From NCBI GenBank assembly GCA_040392565.1, contig JBEBVW010000001.1, positions 1,197 to 65,196 on the forward strand: a DNA stretch of 64,000 bases, in the 5' to 3' direction. The first letter of the stretch is position 1. Each line of letters begins with the position of its first letter. Source of the stretch: Aeromicrobium sp. (GTDB lineage: Bacteria; Actinomycetota; Actinomycetes; Propionibacteriales; Nocardioidaceae). Under the pieces are notes generated by a model, which saw only the letters and a program-made list of their open reading frames with translations, searched no databases and had not been told where the DNA came from. Below are positions 11,555 to 21,970 of the stretch, one piece after another. Made by a program: the position numbers and the translations under genes.

Positions 11555-12541
11555 ATGGCTGATCGCAAGACCGAGAGGTTGATGAACCTCATCTTCCTCC
11601 TCATTGCCACCACGCAGTACCTGACAAAGGCCCAAATCCGAGCCGCCATCAGTGACTATCGCGAGGCTGGCACTGACCAAGCGTTCGACCGGATGTTTGA
11701 GCGCGACAAGGAAGAACTGCGTGACCTCGGAATCTCGATTGAGGTCGGCTCCCATGAGGCGTTCTTCGAGGACCACGAGGGCTACCGCATTCCGCGCGAC
11801 GCCGCGGAGATGGACGATATTGAGTTGTCTCGCGAAGAGGCAGCCGTTGTCGGCCTTGCTAGCCAGGTGTGGCAACACTCAGGTCTCGCGTCGGGCTCGG
11901 GCAATGCGCTGCTGAAGCTCAAGTCAGCTGGCATCGACATTGATACTTCGATCATGCGCATGGCTGAGCCTCGCCTGTCGACTGACGAACCAGCGTTCGA
12001 CACGGTCTGGGATGCGGCTACTCGATTGGTCCAGATTTCGTTCGACTACGCCCGCCCGGGACAGGCAGCCACCAAGCGCCAATTGCAGCCCTGGGGCATG
12101 CTGTCGTGGCGCGACCGCTGGTATGTCATTGGCTTTGACCTCGACCGCGAGGCGCCACGCGTATTCCGCGTGTCGCGGATACAGGGCGAAGTCAAGACAA
12201 AGGGCAAGCCAGGCAGCTACGAAGTGCCCGAGGGAACAGATCTGCGTGCCCTTGCCAGCACGCTGTTCCCGCCGGCCCGCTCCGAGCCTGCGGTGCTTCG
12301 GGTGAGTAGCGGCCGAGGACAAACGCTGCGCCGAGCCGCAACCGAAGTCGTGGCCGTGGACGATGACATTGACCAGATCAGCGTTCCCTATGGATCGTCA
12401 TGGGATCTCGCCGCGGAAATCGCTTCCTATGGTCATGACGTTTTCGTGGTGTCGCCCCCGGATCTGCGGGCCAGCGTGATCGCGCGTCTTCGGCTGGCGG
12501 CCACGGGTGAACTGTCGCCGTTGGGAGACGATGACGAATGA
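11555..12541 (+). CDS. pafB: WYL-domain regulator PafB
   Basis: ERLMNL..FERDKEELRDLGI, RWYVIGFD..RVFRVSRI. Confidence 0.93.
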   Translation: MADRKTERLMNLIFLLIATTQYLTKAQIRAAISDYREAGTDQAFDRMFERDKEELRDLGISIEVGSHEAFFEDHEGYRIPRDAAEMDDIELSREEAAVVGLASQVWQHSGLASGSGNALLKLKSAGIDIDTSIMRMAEPRLSTDEPAFDTVWDAATRLVQISFDYARPGQAATKRQLQPWGMLSWRDRWYVIGFDLDREAPRVFRVSRIQGEVKTKGKPGSYEVPEGTDLRALASTLFPPARSEPAVLRVSSGRGQTLRRAATEVVAVDDDIDQISVPYGSSWDLAAEIASYGHDVFVVSPPDLRASVIARLRLAATGELSPLGDDDE

Positions 12542-13518
12542 GCAAGTCGCGCGATCAGGTGCTTCGGATGTTGGCGATGGTGCCGTATCTGCAGAGCAAC
12601 ACCGGTGTTCCCGTCAATGACCTCGCCAAAGAACTCGGGGTAAGTCCTCGGCAGATCCGTGACGATTTGCTGCTGTTGATGATGACCGGCAAGGGTGAAT
12701 TTGGCGGCGATCTCATCGACGTCAACGCAGACGCTCTGACCGACGATGGCGTGATCTACCTGCGGGATGCTGAATTCCTCAGCCGCCCGCTGCGCATTAC
12801 GGCCCAAGAAGGCGCCGGTCTCGTGGTGGCGTTGCGGACCCTGCGAGCGTCGGCTGGGACCGAGGAAGGCGCCGTAATCGACTCGGCGCTCACCAAAATT
12901 GAATCCGCCTTGGGCGAAAGCTCTCGAACTCGGGTCGATGTTGTCGTCGACAGTGTTGACCCTGACATCCGTCAGGCCATTCAGCGTGGACTGTCCGAGG
13001 GGCGGCGTATCGAGTTGAGCTACGCCACGGTGAGCCGCGATGACCGCACCGATCGACTCGTTGACCCACGGCGAGTCTTCACTGAGCGGGGCAGGCTCTA
13101 CCTCGAAGCCTGGTGTTTGATGGCTCAGGATTTGCGATTCTTCCGCCTCGATCGTGTCCTTTCAGCCACCGTCACCGATCAGCCGGTTGAGCACCACGAT
13201 GCAGCGTCACGAGATCTGTCTGCAGGTGTGTTCACCGTCGGAGATGAGACTCCGTACCTCTTGGTTCGCTTGCATCCGTCGGCCAGCTGGATGTCGGAGT
13301 ACTACCCGATGGAAATCCTCGGTGACGCCGATGCAGACGGCGTGCGAACGGCGAAACTCTTTGGAGCCGACACTGGCTGGCTGCGTCGCGTCGTATTGCG
13401 CAGCGCAGGGGCGGTTGCAGTGATCGAACCTGCTGATATGCGTGATGCGGTTATCGCATCAGCACAAGCTGCACTAGCGGCGTACGATGGTGACGACGAC
13501 ACCGCGTCTAAGGAGTGA
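12538..13518 (+). CDS. pafC: WYL-domain regulator PafC
   Basis: N-terminal HTH, YLEAWC..RFFRLDRV; ATGA overlap with pafB. Confidence 0.93.
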   Translation: MSKSRDQVLRMLAMVPYLQSNTGVPVNDLAKELGVSPRQIRDDLLLLMMTGKGEFGGDLIDVNADALTDDGVIYLRDAEFLSRPLRITAQEGAGLVVALRTLRASAGTEEGAVIDSALTKIESALGESSRTRVDVVVDSVDPDIRQAIQRGLSEGRRIELSYATVSRDDRTDRLVDPRRVFTERGRLYLEAWCLMAQDLRFFRLDRVLSATVTDQPVEHHDAASRDLSAGVFTVGDETPYLLVRLHPSASWMSEYYPMEILGDADADGVRTAKLFGADTGWLRRVVLRSAGAVAVIEPADMRDAVIASAQAALAAYDGDDDTASKE

Positions 13519-13524
13519 GTGAAC

Positions 13525-13743
13525 ATGTTTCGCCAACTAGGACCTACCGAGATCCTGATCATCCTGGGCATTGTGGTGCTCCTATTTGGTGGCAAGAAGC
13601 TACCCGAATTGGCCCGTGGATCAGGCCGTGCGCTGCGCATCTTCAAGACTGAGGTCAAGGGCTTGGACGACGACGGCAATGAATCGCCGGCCGAACTTGA
13701 AGCCGCCGACATCGCTGAGAAGAAGCCCGAACAGCAGAGCTGA
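13525..13743 (+). CDS. tatA: Twin-arginine translocase TatA
   Basis: [23 protein letters not shown]; AGGAG SD. Confidence 0.95.
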   Translation: MFRQLGPTEILIILGIVVLLFGGKKLPELARGSGRALRIFKTEVKGLDDDGNESPAELEAADIAEKKPEQQS

Positions 13744-13751
13744 TCGGCTTA

Positions 13752-14567
13752 GTGGCGCTGAAAAGCGGCAAGCCGACCCCCGCACCGGGCGGCACTATGC
13801 CGCTCATGGATCATCTGCGCGAACTGCGCAACCGTCTGGTTAAGGCGGTCTTGGCGATCGTCGTTGGCACGATTATCGCGCTGGTGTTCTACGAGCAGAT
13901 TCTCGACTGGCTGTCGCAGCCGTACACCGACATCCGTCCGCAACTTGAAGCCAAGGGCATCAAGACAGACCTCGTCCTCACCGGTGTCGGTGGCGCGTTC
14001 ACGTTCCAGCTCAAGATCGGTCTGATCACCGGCATTGTGATCGCGAGCCCGGTGTGGCTGTACCAACTGTGGGCCTTCGTGTTGCCTGCACTGCACCGCA
14101 ATGAGAAGCGTGGTGTGTTGCTACTTAGCGGGCTTGGCGCTCCGCTGTTTATTGCCGGCGCCTACGGTGCATTCCTGGTACTGCCCAAAGCAATTCTGCT
14201 GCTCATCGGATTCGTTCCCGAAGGCTGGGGCTCGCTGCTCACCGGTGCCGAATATCTGAACTTCGTGGTCCGCATGGTGCTGGTTTTCGGCATCGCGGCC
14301 GAGATCCCACTCGTTGTGACGTTGCTGAACCGGATGGGTGCAGTAAGCGCTAAACAACTGGCATCTAGCCGCCCGTGGATCGTCATTGCGATCTTCGTTT
14401 TTGCTGCCATCGCAACACCAACCACCGACCCGCTGACCATGCTTTTCCTGGCAGCACCGATGACGATTCTTTACTTTGTCGCCGAAATCATCGCCCGGTT
14501 CACCGACCGGCGGCGCGCCAAGACGGCGCCTGCAATTGCCGACGATGAACTCTCCTCGCTCGACTGA
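13752..14567 (+). CDS. tatC: Twin-arginine translocase TatC
   Basis: MPLMDHLRELRNRL, YQLWAFVLPAL, TPTTDPLTM. Confidence 0.96.
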   Translation: MALKSGKPTPAPGGTMPLMDHLRELRNRLVKAVLAIVVGTIIALVFYEQILDWLSQPYTDIRPQLEAKGIKTDLVLTGVGGAFTFQLKIGLITGIVIASPVWLYQLWAFVLPALHRNEKRGVLLLSGLGAPLFIAGAYGAFLVLPKAILLLIGFVPEGWGSLLTGAEYLNFVVRMVLVFGIAAEIPLVVTLLNRMGAVSAKQLASSRPWIVIAIFVFAAIATPTTDPLTMLFLAAPMTILYFVAEIIARFTDRRRAKTAPAIADDELSSLD

Positions 14568-14586
14568 TCGGCGATAGAGTCCGATC

Positions 14587-15459
14587 ATGCGAGTGGCACT
14601 ACTGGTCAATCCTGTCTCCGGTCGACGCAAAGGCGAGCAAATAGCTGGCCATGCTGCACTGCGATTCAGTGAAGCTGGGCACGAAGTGCAGGTCGTCCAA
14701 GGCAATGACGCTGCCTCAGCACGAGATGCCCTCAAGCATGCGATCGACCAAGGCCTCGACGCGGTGGTCATCGTCGGTGGAGACGGCGCGCTACACGGCG
14801 TCCTGGATCTCATTGCAGGAAGCGATCTGGCGTTTGGCCTGCTTCCGGCCGGAACCGGTAATGACACTGCTCGGACGCTTGGCATCCCGGTAAAGAACCC
14901 TGACGCTGCGATCAACGTCGTACTGAAAGGCATGACTCGCAAGATCGATCTAGCGGACGTCGACGGCACTTTGGTCGTCACTGTGGTGGCATCGGGCTTT
15001 GATTCCAAGGTCAACGAGCGCGCCAATCAGATGCGCTGGCCGCGCGGCAATATGCGCTACAACATCGCGATGCTGGCTGAGCTTCGGGCGTTTGAACCGC
15101 TTGACTTCGCTGTGACTTTGGACAGCGGCGAAGTTTTGCAACGCAAAGCGATGCTGGTGGCCGTGGGCAACGGCCCGTCATTCGGCGGAGGACTGCGTAT
15201 CTGCGAGGGCGCCCAAGTCGACGACGGACTGCTTGACGTCGCGATTATCAATCCAGTGAGCAAGACCAAACTCGTGCGGGTCTTCCCGTCGCTGTACAAA
15301 GGCACTCACGTGACGCTCCCGGAGTTTGAGGTACACCGCGTCAGGTCGGTGCGGCTGGAGAGTCCGGGCATCGTGGCGTACGGCGACGGTGAGCGTTTGG
15401 GCCCGCTGCCCAAGACAGTGACGGTTCGTCCGGCGGCCCTGCAAGTCTTCGTACCCTGA
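14587..15459 (+). CDS. Diacylglycerol/lipid kinase family (YegS-like)
   Basis: NPVSG, GGDG, PAGTGND, GDGE motifs. Confidence 0.92.
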   Translation: MRVALLVNPVSGRRKGEQIAGHAALRFSEAGHEVQVVQGNDAASARDALKHAIDQGLDAVVIVGGDGALHGVLDLIAGSDLAFGLLPAGTGNDTARTLGIPVKNPDAAINVVLKGMTRKIDLADVDGTLVVTVVASGFDSKVNERANQMRWPRGNMRYNIAMLAELRAFEPLDFAVTLDSGEVLQRKAMLVAVGNGPSFGGGLRICEGAQVDDGLLDVAIINPVSKTKLVRVFPSLYKGTHVTLPEFEVHRVRSVRLESPGIVAYGDGERLGPLPKTVTVRPAALQVFVP

Positions 15460-15477
15460 CGCCCGTAGGGTGGCGGT

Positions 15478-18225
15478 ATGACGTCGCCGGCCGAGGCTTA
15501 CGCCCGATCGCGGGCCAATCGCGAATACCCGCATCTCGCGGCTTTTAGAGATCGGTACTCCTTCGGCCTCGACGACTTCCAGTTAGAGGCCTGCCGTGAA
15601 GTCGAAGAGGGGCACGGCGTGCTCGTTGCTGCTCCCACGGGTTCAGGAAAAACGGTCGTGGGGGAGTTCGCAGTCCATCTGGCGCTGGCCACCGGACGCA
15701 AGTGTTTCTACACGACTCCCATCAAGGCGCTGTCGAATCAGAAGTACACCGATTTGGTTGCCGAACACGGTTCGGACAACGTCGGCCTGCTCACCGGCGA
15801 CAACAGCATCAACGGTGAAGCGCCCATTGTCGTGATGACCACCGAAGTGCTGCGCAATATGCTCTACGCGGGTTCGCGCACTCTCAACACGCTTGGTTTC
15901 GTAGTGATGGACGAGGTGCACTACCTCGCAGACCGGTTTCGTGGCGCGGTGTGGGAAGAAGTCATCATCAACCTGCCTGAATCGGTTTCCATCATCTCGC
16001 TATCGGCCACGGTGTCGAACGCCGAGGAGTTCGGCGACTGGCTCACCGAAGTACGCGGCGATACCCGCACCATCGTCGAAGAACGCCGGCCCATCCCGCT
16101 GCACCAGCATGTTCTGGTCGGCCGCAAGATGTTCGATCTGTTTGAACCAGACTCCACTCCAGGCGATGGACATCAGGTCAACCGGCAGTTGGAACGGATG
16201 GCTCGTGAGGACTGGCAACTGTCGCGGGTGCAGAAGGGTCGGCCGCCAAAAGGCGGCAAGCGCCCACGAAGCCGCCATCGCACGCCGGGCCGTGTCGAAA
16301 TTATCGAAAGGCTCGATGCCGAAGGTCTGCTGCCGGCCATCGTGTTCATCTTTAGCCGGGCTGGGTGCGCTAAGGCCATGCAGGAGTGTCTCGACGCCCG
16401 CCTGCACCTGACGAATGCAGAAGAGCGTGCAGAAATCGTGGCGACTGTAGATGCTGCCTGTGCGCATTTGCCCGATGAGGATCTGCACGTCTTGGGCTTC
16501 CACGAATTTCGTGAAGGATTGCAGCGCGGCATCGCCGCTCACCACGCAGGCATGCTGCCCACCTTCAAGGAATGCGTCGAAGATCTGTTCAGCAGGGGAT
16601 TGGTCAAGGCCGTATTCGCAACAGAAACGCTTGCCCTGGGTATCAACATGCCTGCCCGTTCAGTCGTCATCGAACGCCTGTCGAAGTGGAATGGCGAAAC
16701 CCATGCCGACATCACGCCAGGGGAGTACACCCAACTGACCGGCCGCGCTGGTCGCCGTGGCATTGACGTCGAAGGACACGGCGTTGTGCTGTGGCAGCCG
16801 GGACTCGATCCCAGGCAGGTGGCAGGTCTGGCGTCCACCCGCACCTATCCGCTGAACTCCTCATTCCAGCCGTCCTACAACATGGCGGTGAATCTGGTCG
16901 GTCAAGTGGGCCGCGGGGTGGCTCGCGATCTGCTGGAGCAAAGTTTCGCGCAGTTCCAGGCAGACAAGGCAGTGGTCGGCTTAGCGCGCAAGATCCGCAA
17001 AGCCGATGACGCACTTGAGGGCTACTTGGAATCGGTGAAGTGCGATCAGGGCGACTTCATGGAATACGCGCGGATACGTCGCCAGATCAGCGATCTCGAG
17101 GCCAAGGGAGTGAAAGATCGCAAGTCCGATCAACGCCAGGCTGCGATCGTGTCTCTGCTGAAATTGAAAGTCGGCGACATCATTGAGGTGCCGACGGGCA
17201 AATTCGCTGGATTAGCAGTGGTGCTTGATCCGGGGACTCGTGGCGATTCCGAAGGCCCGCGTCCCATGGTGCTGACTGCAAACCGGCAGGCCCGACGTTT
17301 GGCGATGATCGATTTCCCCACGCCCGTTGCGGCTTTGGCCAATATTCGGGTCCCGCGCAAGTTCAACCCGAGAGATCCGCAAGCGCGGCGTGACCTGGCG
17401 TCGACGCTGCGCAATCGAATGCCCCACGGCGCTGGCCGGTATCCAGAGCCTTACCGCGATGTTTCTGCTGATCGGAAGGCCGATCCGCGGATTGAAGAGC
17501 TGCGCCAATCGATGCGTGACCACCCATGCCACGCGTGTCCTGATCGTGAGCAGCACGCTCGCTGGGCCGAGCGCTATCTCAAGCTCGAACGCGATACGAA
17601 GGATCAGCGTTCGCGTATCGACCAGCGCACCAACACCGTGGCACGTCAGTTCGATCGGGTTTGCCGAGTTCTTGACACCCTCGGCTACCTCAAAGGCGAT
17701 GAGGTCACCGCAGCAGGCGAACGACTCAAGCGCTTGTACGGCGAACTTGATCTGTTGGTGAGCGAATGCCTTGATGAAGGTGTGTGGGACGGTCTCACCC
17801 CGGCCGAATTGGCATCGGTTGCCAGCGGGCTGACCTACGAAGCACGACGTGACGATGAACTTCCTGCACCGCGATTGCCGTCGGCAGCGGCTCGCGATGT
17901 TGCCAATCGGATGGATTCGCTGTGTGTGGAGATCATGCAGCTTGAGCGTGAGCACCGCCTACGCTTCCTGCATCGCCCCGACTTCGGCTTCGCGCAGGCA
18001 GTTCACGCCTGGTGCGAAGGTGCGTCCTTGGATGACGTTCTCTCCATGACCGAAATGGCGGCTGGCGACTTCGTGAGAGCGATGAAGCAACTGATTGACG
18101 CCGTGGCGCAAATCGCTGACGCGGCCGGACCGGGTGAGTTGCGTACCACCGCGCGCGCTGCTTTGGATTTGCTGAACCATGGCGTCGTGACCTACACCAG
18201 CGTCACTTCCACCGGAACGCAGTGA
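15478..18225 (+). CDS. helY: Ski2-like DEAD/DEAH RNA helicase HelY
   Basis: APTGSGKT, MDEVH, SAT, QLTGRAGRRG, DSHCT-like C-terminus. Confidence 0.93.
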   Translation: MTSPAEAYARSRANREYPHLAAFRDRYSFGLDDFQLEACREVEEGHGVLVAAPTGSGKTVVGEFAVHLALATGRKCFYTTPIKALSNQKYTDLVAEHGSDNVGLLTGDNSINGEAPIVVMTTEVLRNMLYAGSRTLNTLGFVVMDEVHYLADRFRGAVWEEVIINLPESVSIISLSATVSNAEEFGDWLTEVRGDTRTIVEERRPIPLHQHVLVGRKMFDLFEPDSTPGDGHQVNRQLERMAREDWQLSRVQKGRPPKGGKRPRSRHRTPGRVEIIERLDAEGLLPAIVFIFSRAGCAKAMQECLDARLHLTNAEERAEIVATVDAACAHLPDEDLHVLGFHEFREGLQRGIAAHHAGMLPTFKECVEDLFSRGLVKAVFATETLALGINMPARSVVIERLSKWNGETHADITPGEYTQLTGRAGRRGIDVEGHGVVLWQPGLDPRQVAGLASTRTYPLNSSFQPSYNMAVNLVGQVGRGVARDLLEQSFAQFQADKAVVGLARKIRKADDALEGYLESVKCDQGDFMEYARIRRQISDLEAKGVKDRKSDQRQAAIVSLLKLKVGDIIEVPTGKFAGLAVVLDPGTRGDSEGPRPMVLTANRQARRLAMIDFPTPVAALANIRVPRKFNPRDPQARRDLASTLRNRMPHGAGRYPEPYRDVSADRKADPRIEELRQSMRDHPCHACPDREQHARWAERYLKLERDTKDQRSRIDQRTNTVARQFDRVCRVLDTLGYLKGDEVTAAGERLKRLYGELDLLVSECLDEGVWDGLTPAELASVASGLTYEARRDDELPAPRLPSAAARDVANRMDSLCVEIMQLEREHRLRFLHRPDFGFAQAVHAWCEGASLDDVLSMTEMAAGDFVRAMKQLIDAVAQIADAAGPGELRTTARAALDLLNHGVVTYTSVTSTGTQ

Positions 18226-18281
18226 CTCCTCAGCGGGTACGGAGTGACTCCTCAGCGGGTACGGAGTGACTCCTCAGCGGG
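18221..18281. repeat. 22-bp tandem repeat (2.8 copies), agtgactcctcagcgggtacgg
   Basis: Units start at 18221, 18243 and 18265, between converging genes. Confidence 0.95.
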
Positions 18282-19187
18282 CTAGGGGAGTGCTGCGAGG
18301 ATGCGGTCGGCGGAGCCGCCGAGGCCCCAGCGATCTGCGAAGGTGCGGAAGGTCGCGGTCTGCTCTTCGGTCAGCGAGGTGCGGGTGTAATCGGCGGGTG
18401 GGAGGCCATCGTTGCGCACGGCGACGACCTGACGCGCGGCGGCGATGTAGTCGGTTGAGGCCAGCAAATTGGCGCGTACGCGCGGCTTGATGGGTGAATT
18501 GGGATCGGCAGCTGCCGCGAGAATTCCGTCGAGATCGGTGAACTCAGAAAGCAGCAACGCGGCGGTCTTTTCACCGATGCCCGCAACGCCCGGCAGTCCA
18601 TCTGAGGCGTCACCTCGCATTACCGAGAAGTCGACGTACTGCTTGGGCGTGACGCCATACTTGTCGACCAGCCACTGGTCGGTGACGACGTCGTGATTGG
18701 GGACGCTGCGGGCGGTGTAGAGCACGCGGATGTCCCGAGCGTCATCAGCGAGTTGGAAGAGGTCTCGGTCGCCGGTAACCACGTCGACCGGGCCAGTCGC
18801 CTGATGGCACAAGGTGCCCATGATGTCGTCGGCCTCGCATCCGGGAGCGCCTTTGACCGGAACGCCCAGGAGCCTGAACGCCTCGGCGATGAGCGGGACT
18901 TGCGGGCCGAGCAGACCTTCGGTGGTGTCGATTTCACCGCCGTCGGCTTCGGCCCGTTGCGTCTTGTAAGTGTCAATCAGATCGACCCGCCACTGCGGTC
19001 GCCAATCGTCATCCCAACACGCCACGACTGAGTCTGGCCGGTGTCGTTCCACCATGGTCGCGGTGAAGTCGAGAATTCCGCGCAGTGCGTTCACGACTGT
19101 CCCGTCGGGCGCTTTCATCGTGTCGGGCACACCGAAGAACGCCCGGAAGTACAAGCTCGCTGAGTCCAGAACCATGAGTCGCGCCAT
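18282..19187 (-). CDS. 5'-3' exonuclease / flap endonuclease (PolI N-terminal-like)
   Basis: LDSASLYFRAFF, EADDIMGT, TGDRDLFQL, RGDASDGLPGVAGIGEKTA. Confidence 0.93.
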   Translation of the reverse strand: MARLMVLDSASLYFRAFFGVPDTMKAPDGTVVNALRGILDFTATMVERHRPDSVVACWDDDWRPQWRVDLIDTYKTQRAEADGGEIDTTEGLLGPQVPLIAEAFRLLGVPVKGAPGCEADDIMGTLCHQATGPVDVVTGDRDLFQLADDARDIRVLYTARSVPNHDVVTDQWLVDKYGVTPKQYVDFSVMRGDASDGLPGVAGIGEKTAALLLSEFTDLDGILAAAADPNSPIKPRVRANLLASTDYIAAARQVVAVRNDGLPPADYTRTSLTEEQTATFRTFADRWGLGGSADRILAALP

Positions 19188-19216
19188 GTCAGCAGGCTAT
19201 CTGCTGACATGGCGCG
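19180..19216. promoter_or_regulatory. Perfect 16-bp inverted repeat over the exonuclease start codon and -10
   Basis: cgcgccatgtcagcag-gctat-ctgctgacatggcgcg. Confidence 0.7.
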
Positions 19217-19237
19217 CACTCATCACGCTGGAGCGAA

Positions 19238-20791
19238 CTAGCGCACCGAATGATGCAATGAGCCTGGTGTGAGGCCCGCGCTTTTCTTCGAGAACTTCTT
19301 CGGCGCGATGCTGCCATCGGGGTGCAGACCCTGCTTCGCAGTCAGCATGACCCAGGTGGCGTGGGCGGCAGCATCGCCGAGCTCGTGCAGTGCCTTGGTG
19401 CTGATATTGGACATGTCATCGCACTCGGCGTGATAGCACGCGTCATATGCAGCGCCCGCAGTCCCACCGTATGTCGCAGCCTGCTCTTCAGTCTTGACGC
19501 CTTCAGCACCACTGAACAGCCCGCCAGCCGGAATTCCCGCGTCAATGAACGGACCGTAGTCGGATCGTCCGTCAAAGTCGGTGGCTGCGGAGGCCAGATT
19601 CTTACGGTCGAACCAATCGGTAAAGATCGACTCAATTGCATCAGAGCCCGCAGGCCCTGCCTGACCACCCTCAGAGCCGTTGCCGTCGTACACGAACCGG
19701 ACATAGTTGGTGGAACCGAGCATGTCGAAATTGAGGTTGGCGTAGATCGTCGACAGTTGTTCGGGAGTCAGATTCGCCACATAATGCTCGGCGCCCAACA
19801 GTCCGGCTTCCTCTGCGCCCCAGAACGCGAACCGCACTGGACGTTGGAGAGCACGCGGCTTCGCTTCGGCCAATTCCTCGGCGATCTCCAAGATGGTGGC
19901 CGAACCCGATCCGTTGTCATTGATGCCAGGTCCAGCGGCGACGCTGTCTAGGTGCGCCCCGACGACAACGACTTGATCGGGGTGCTTCACCTTGCGTGCC
20001 TGCTTCTTGGGCAGATCGGCGATCAAGTTATAGGTCGTGCGGTTCGGATCGTTCTCCGTCGACGTCGTCACATGGACCTGAGCGCCGTCGGTCTGCGCGA
20101 GCGACTGACCGTCGGCAAATGACAGGCCGACGACCGGAATGGCTACGGGTTCACCCAACGTTCCGGTGAGCAGTTCCTGACGTCCCTCCTGGCCTTCATT
20201 GAAGATGATCGCGGCGTCGTATCCGGCTGCTGCTGCGTTGTTTGCTTTGTCGGCGAACGTGCAGGTACCGCGCTGCATCAAGGCGACCGCATCGCCAGTT
20301 GGCGCTGCCGGGAAATCGGCCGCTTCGCAGCCTGAAGTGCTGCCTGGTTCTGCCGGCGGTGGCAGCACGAGATCGATGGGCACCACGGTGCCAGTGACAT
20401 CGCCAGAGCCTGAGTAGTCGAAGCTATGCGTTTCGAAGTCCTTGGCTTCGGGTGCAGTCTGGCTCAGCGTTGCTGGCGCTAGATCGCGGCTGAATGCAAA
20501 AGTAAACGGCTGTTTGGTGACGTTGTACCCAGCCTTCTTGAGTCGTTTGGCGACATAGTCGAGCGAGGCAACGTGCCCGGAAAGGCCGGATGCTCGGTTC
20601 CCGTCGTTGCGGTCTGCGATGGCTTGGAATGCCCGCAGATGCTGAAGAATGCCGTTAACAGTCACGCCTTTGACGAGGCGCTGCGAGTCATTCGCATGGT
20701 GATGATCGCCGCCACGAGCGACCGCGGGTGACGCGGTAGCAAGGCCGGCGGAGAGGGCAACCGCAGCTGCCGACGCAATGATTTTGCGCAT
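19238..20791 (-). CDS. Secreted M28 aminopeptidase with PA domain
   Basis: Signal peptide MRKIIASAAAV; GAHLDSV, GINDNGSG, AEEAGLLG, NFDM, CYH; start set at ATG 20791. Confidence 0.92.
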   Translation of the reverse strand: MRKIIASAAAVALSAGLATASPAVARGGDHHHANDSQRLVKGVTVNGILQHLRAFQAIADRNDGNRASGLSGHVASLDYVAKRLKKAGYNVTKQPFTFAFSRDLAPATLSQTAPEAKDFETHSFDYSGSGDVTGTVVPIDLVLPPPAEPGSTSGCEAADFPAAPTGDAVALMQRGTCTFADKANNAAAAGYDAAIIFNEGQEGRQELLTGTLGEPVAIPVVGLSFADGQSLAQTDGAQVHVTTSTENDPNRTTYNLIADLPKKQARKVKHPDQVVVVGAHLDSVAAGPGINDNGSGSATILEIAEELAEAKPRALQRPVRFAFWGAEEAGLLGAEHYVANLTPEQLSTIYANLNFDMLGSTNYVRFVYDGNGSEGGQAGPAGSDAIESIFTDWFDRKNLASAATDFDGRSDYGPFIDAGIPAGGLFSGAEGVKTEEQAATYGGTAGAAYDACYHAECDDMSNISTKALHELGDAAAHATWVMLTAKQGLHPDGSIAPKKFSKKSAGLTPGSLHHSVR

Positions 20792-20865
20792 TTGGACCCC
20801 CCGATCCAGTTGATGGTGATGCCTCCACCACACCACATCTGGGCGGTCGCCGGTAGTGTCGAAGG

Positions 20866-21969
20866 GTGAGTAATTCCCAGCAGCAGAGCCAAGCCAGGAT
20901 TGCCCGAGCACAGGAGTTGGCCGCCGACGCGGGTGTCGACACCCTCCTCATCACGCCGGGCGCAGACTTGCGATATCTCACTGGCTATCACGCCTTGCCT
21001 CTCGAACGGCTGACGTGCCTGGTGGTCCCCGTCAAGGACGAACCGACTCTGATCGTGCCGCGGCTGGAACGCGCTGCCGCAGAAGCTGCGGGTGTCACCC
21101 AATCGATCGCCACTTGGGACGAAACTGACGATCCATTCGCATTGCTCGCCGATCTCGTAGGTCCGGCCGCACGCGTCGCAGTGGACGATCACATGTGGGC
21201 GGCTCGTGTTTTCGCGATTCGCGATGCACTGCCCGCCGCGGAGGTGGTTCTCGGTGGTGCGATCGTGCAGCGACTTCGAGTCCGCAAGGACGCCGATGAG
21301 GCGGCCGCGCTGCGTGAGGCCGGAGCCGCGATCGACCGCGTGCATGCCCGCATGGGCGAATGGTTACGCCCGGGCCGTACCGAAGCCGAGGTCGGAGCGG
21401 ACATCGAACGTGCGATTCTTCACGAGCACGCAACGTGCGATTTCGTCATTGTCGGCTCGGGGCCCAACGGTGCCTCTCCGCATCACGAAGTCAGTGACCG
21501 TGTCATTGAGGTCGGCGATCCGGTGGTGGTCGATATCGGCGGCACGATGCCGTCTGGCTACTGCTCGGACTGCACTCGCACCTATGTCGCCGGGGGAGAA
21601 GCTCCAGCAGAGTTCGTGGAAAAGTACGAGGTCCTGCTGCGCGCACAGACTGTCCAGCGCGAATACGCGCGCCCGGGCGTTACCGCCGAATCGGTTGATG
21701 CCGTGGGTCGCGACGTGATCGAAGCGGCCGGTTACGGCGATCTTTTTATTCACCGCACCGGGCACGGTATCGGCCAGGAGACCCACGAGGAGCCGTACAT
21801 CGTGGCCGGCAATGCGCTGGTGTTGGAGGAGGGCATGGCGTTCTCCATCGAACCGGGCATCTACACCGACGGCAAGTTCGGCGCGCGCATCGAAGACATC
21901 GCAATCTGCACCGACTCGGGCCTTGAAGTGCTCAACAACGCACCGCGTGAACTGATCGTCCTGGGCTGA
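20866..21969 (+). CDS. M24 Xaa-Pro peptidase family
   Basis: DIGG..GYCSDCTRT, HRTGHGIG..HEEP, SIEPGIY, RIED. Confidence 0.93.
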   Translation: MSNSQQQSQARIARAQELAADAGVDTLLITPGADLRYLTGYHALPLERLTCLVVPVKDEPTLIVPRLERAAAEAAGVTQSIATWDETDDPFALLADLVGPAARVAVDDHMWAARVFAIRDALPAAEVVLGGAIVQRLRVRKDADEAAALREAGAAIDRVHARMGEWLRPGRTEAEVGADIERAILHEHATCDFVIVGSGPNGASPHHEVSDRVIEVGDPVVVDIGGTMPSGYCSDCTRTYVAGGEAPAEFVEKYEVLLRAQTVQREYARPGVTAESVDAVGRDVIEAAGYGDLFIHRTGHGIGQETHEEPYIVAGNALVLEEGMAFSIEPGIYTDGKFGARIEDIAICTDSGLEVLNNAPRELIVLG

Positions 21970-21970
21970 C

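Noticed and set aside
18221-18281. Possible mini-CRISPR
   Set aside because: Head-to-tail repeats with no spacers
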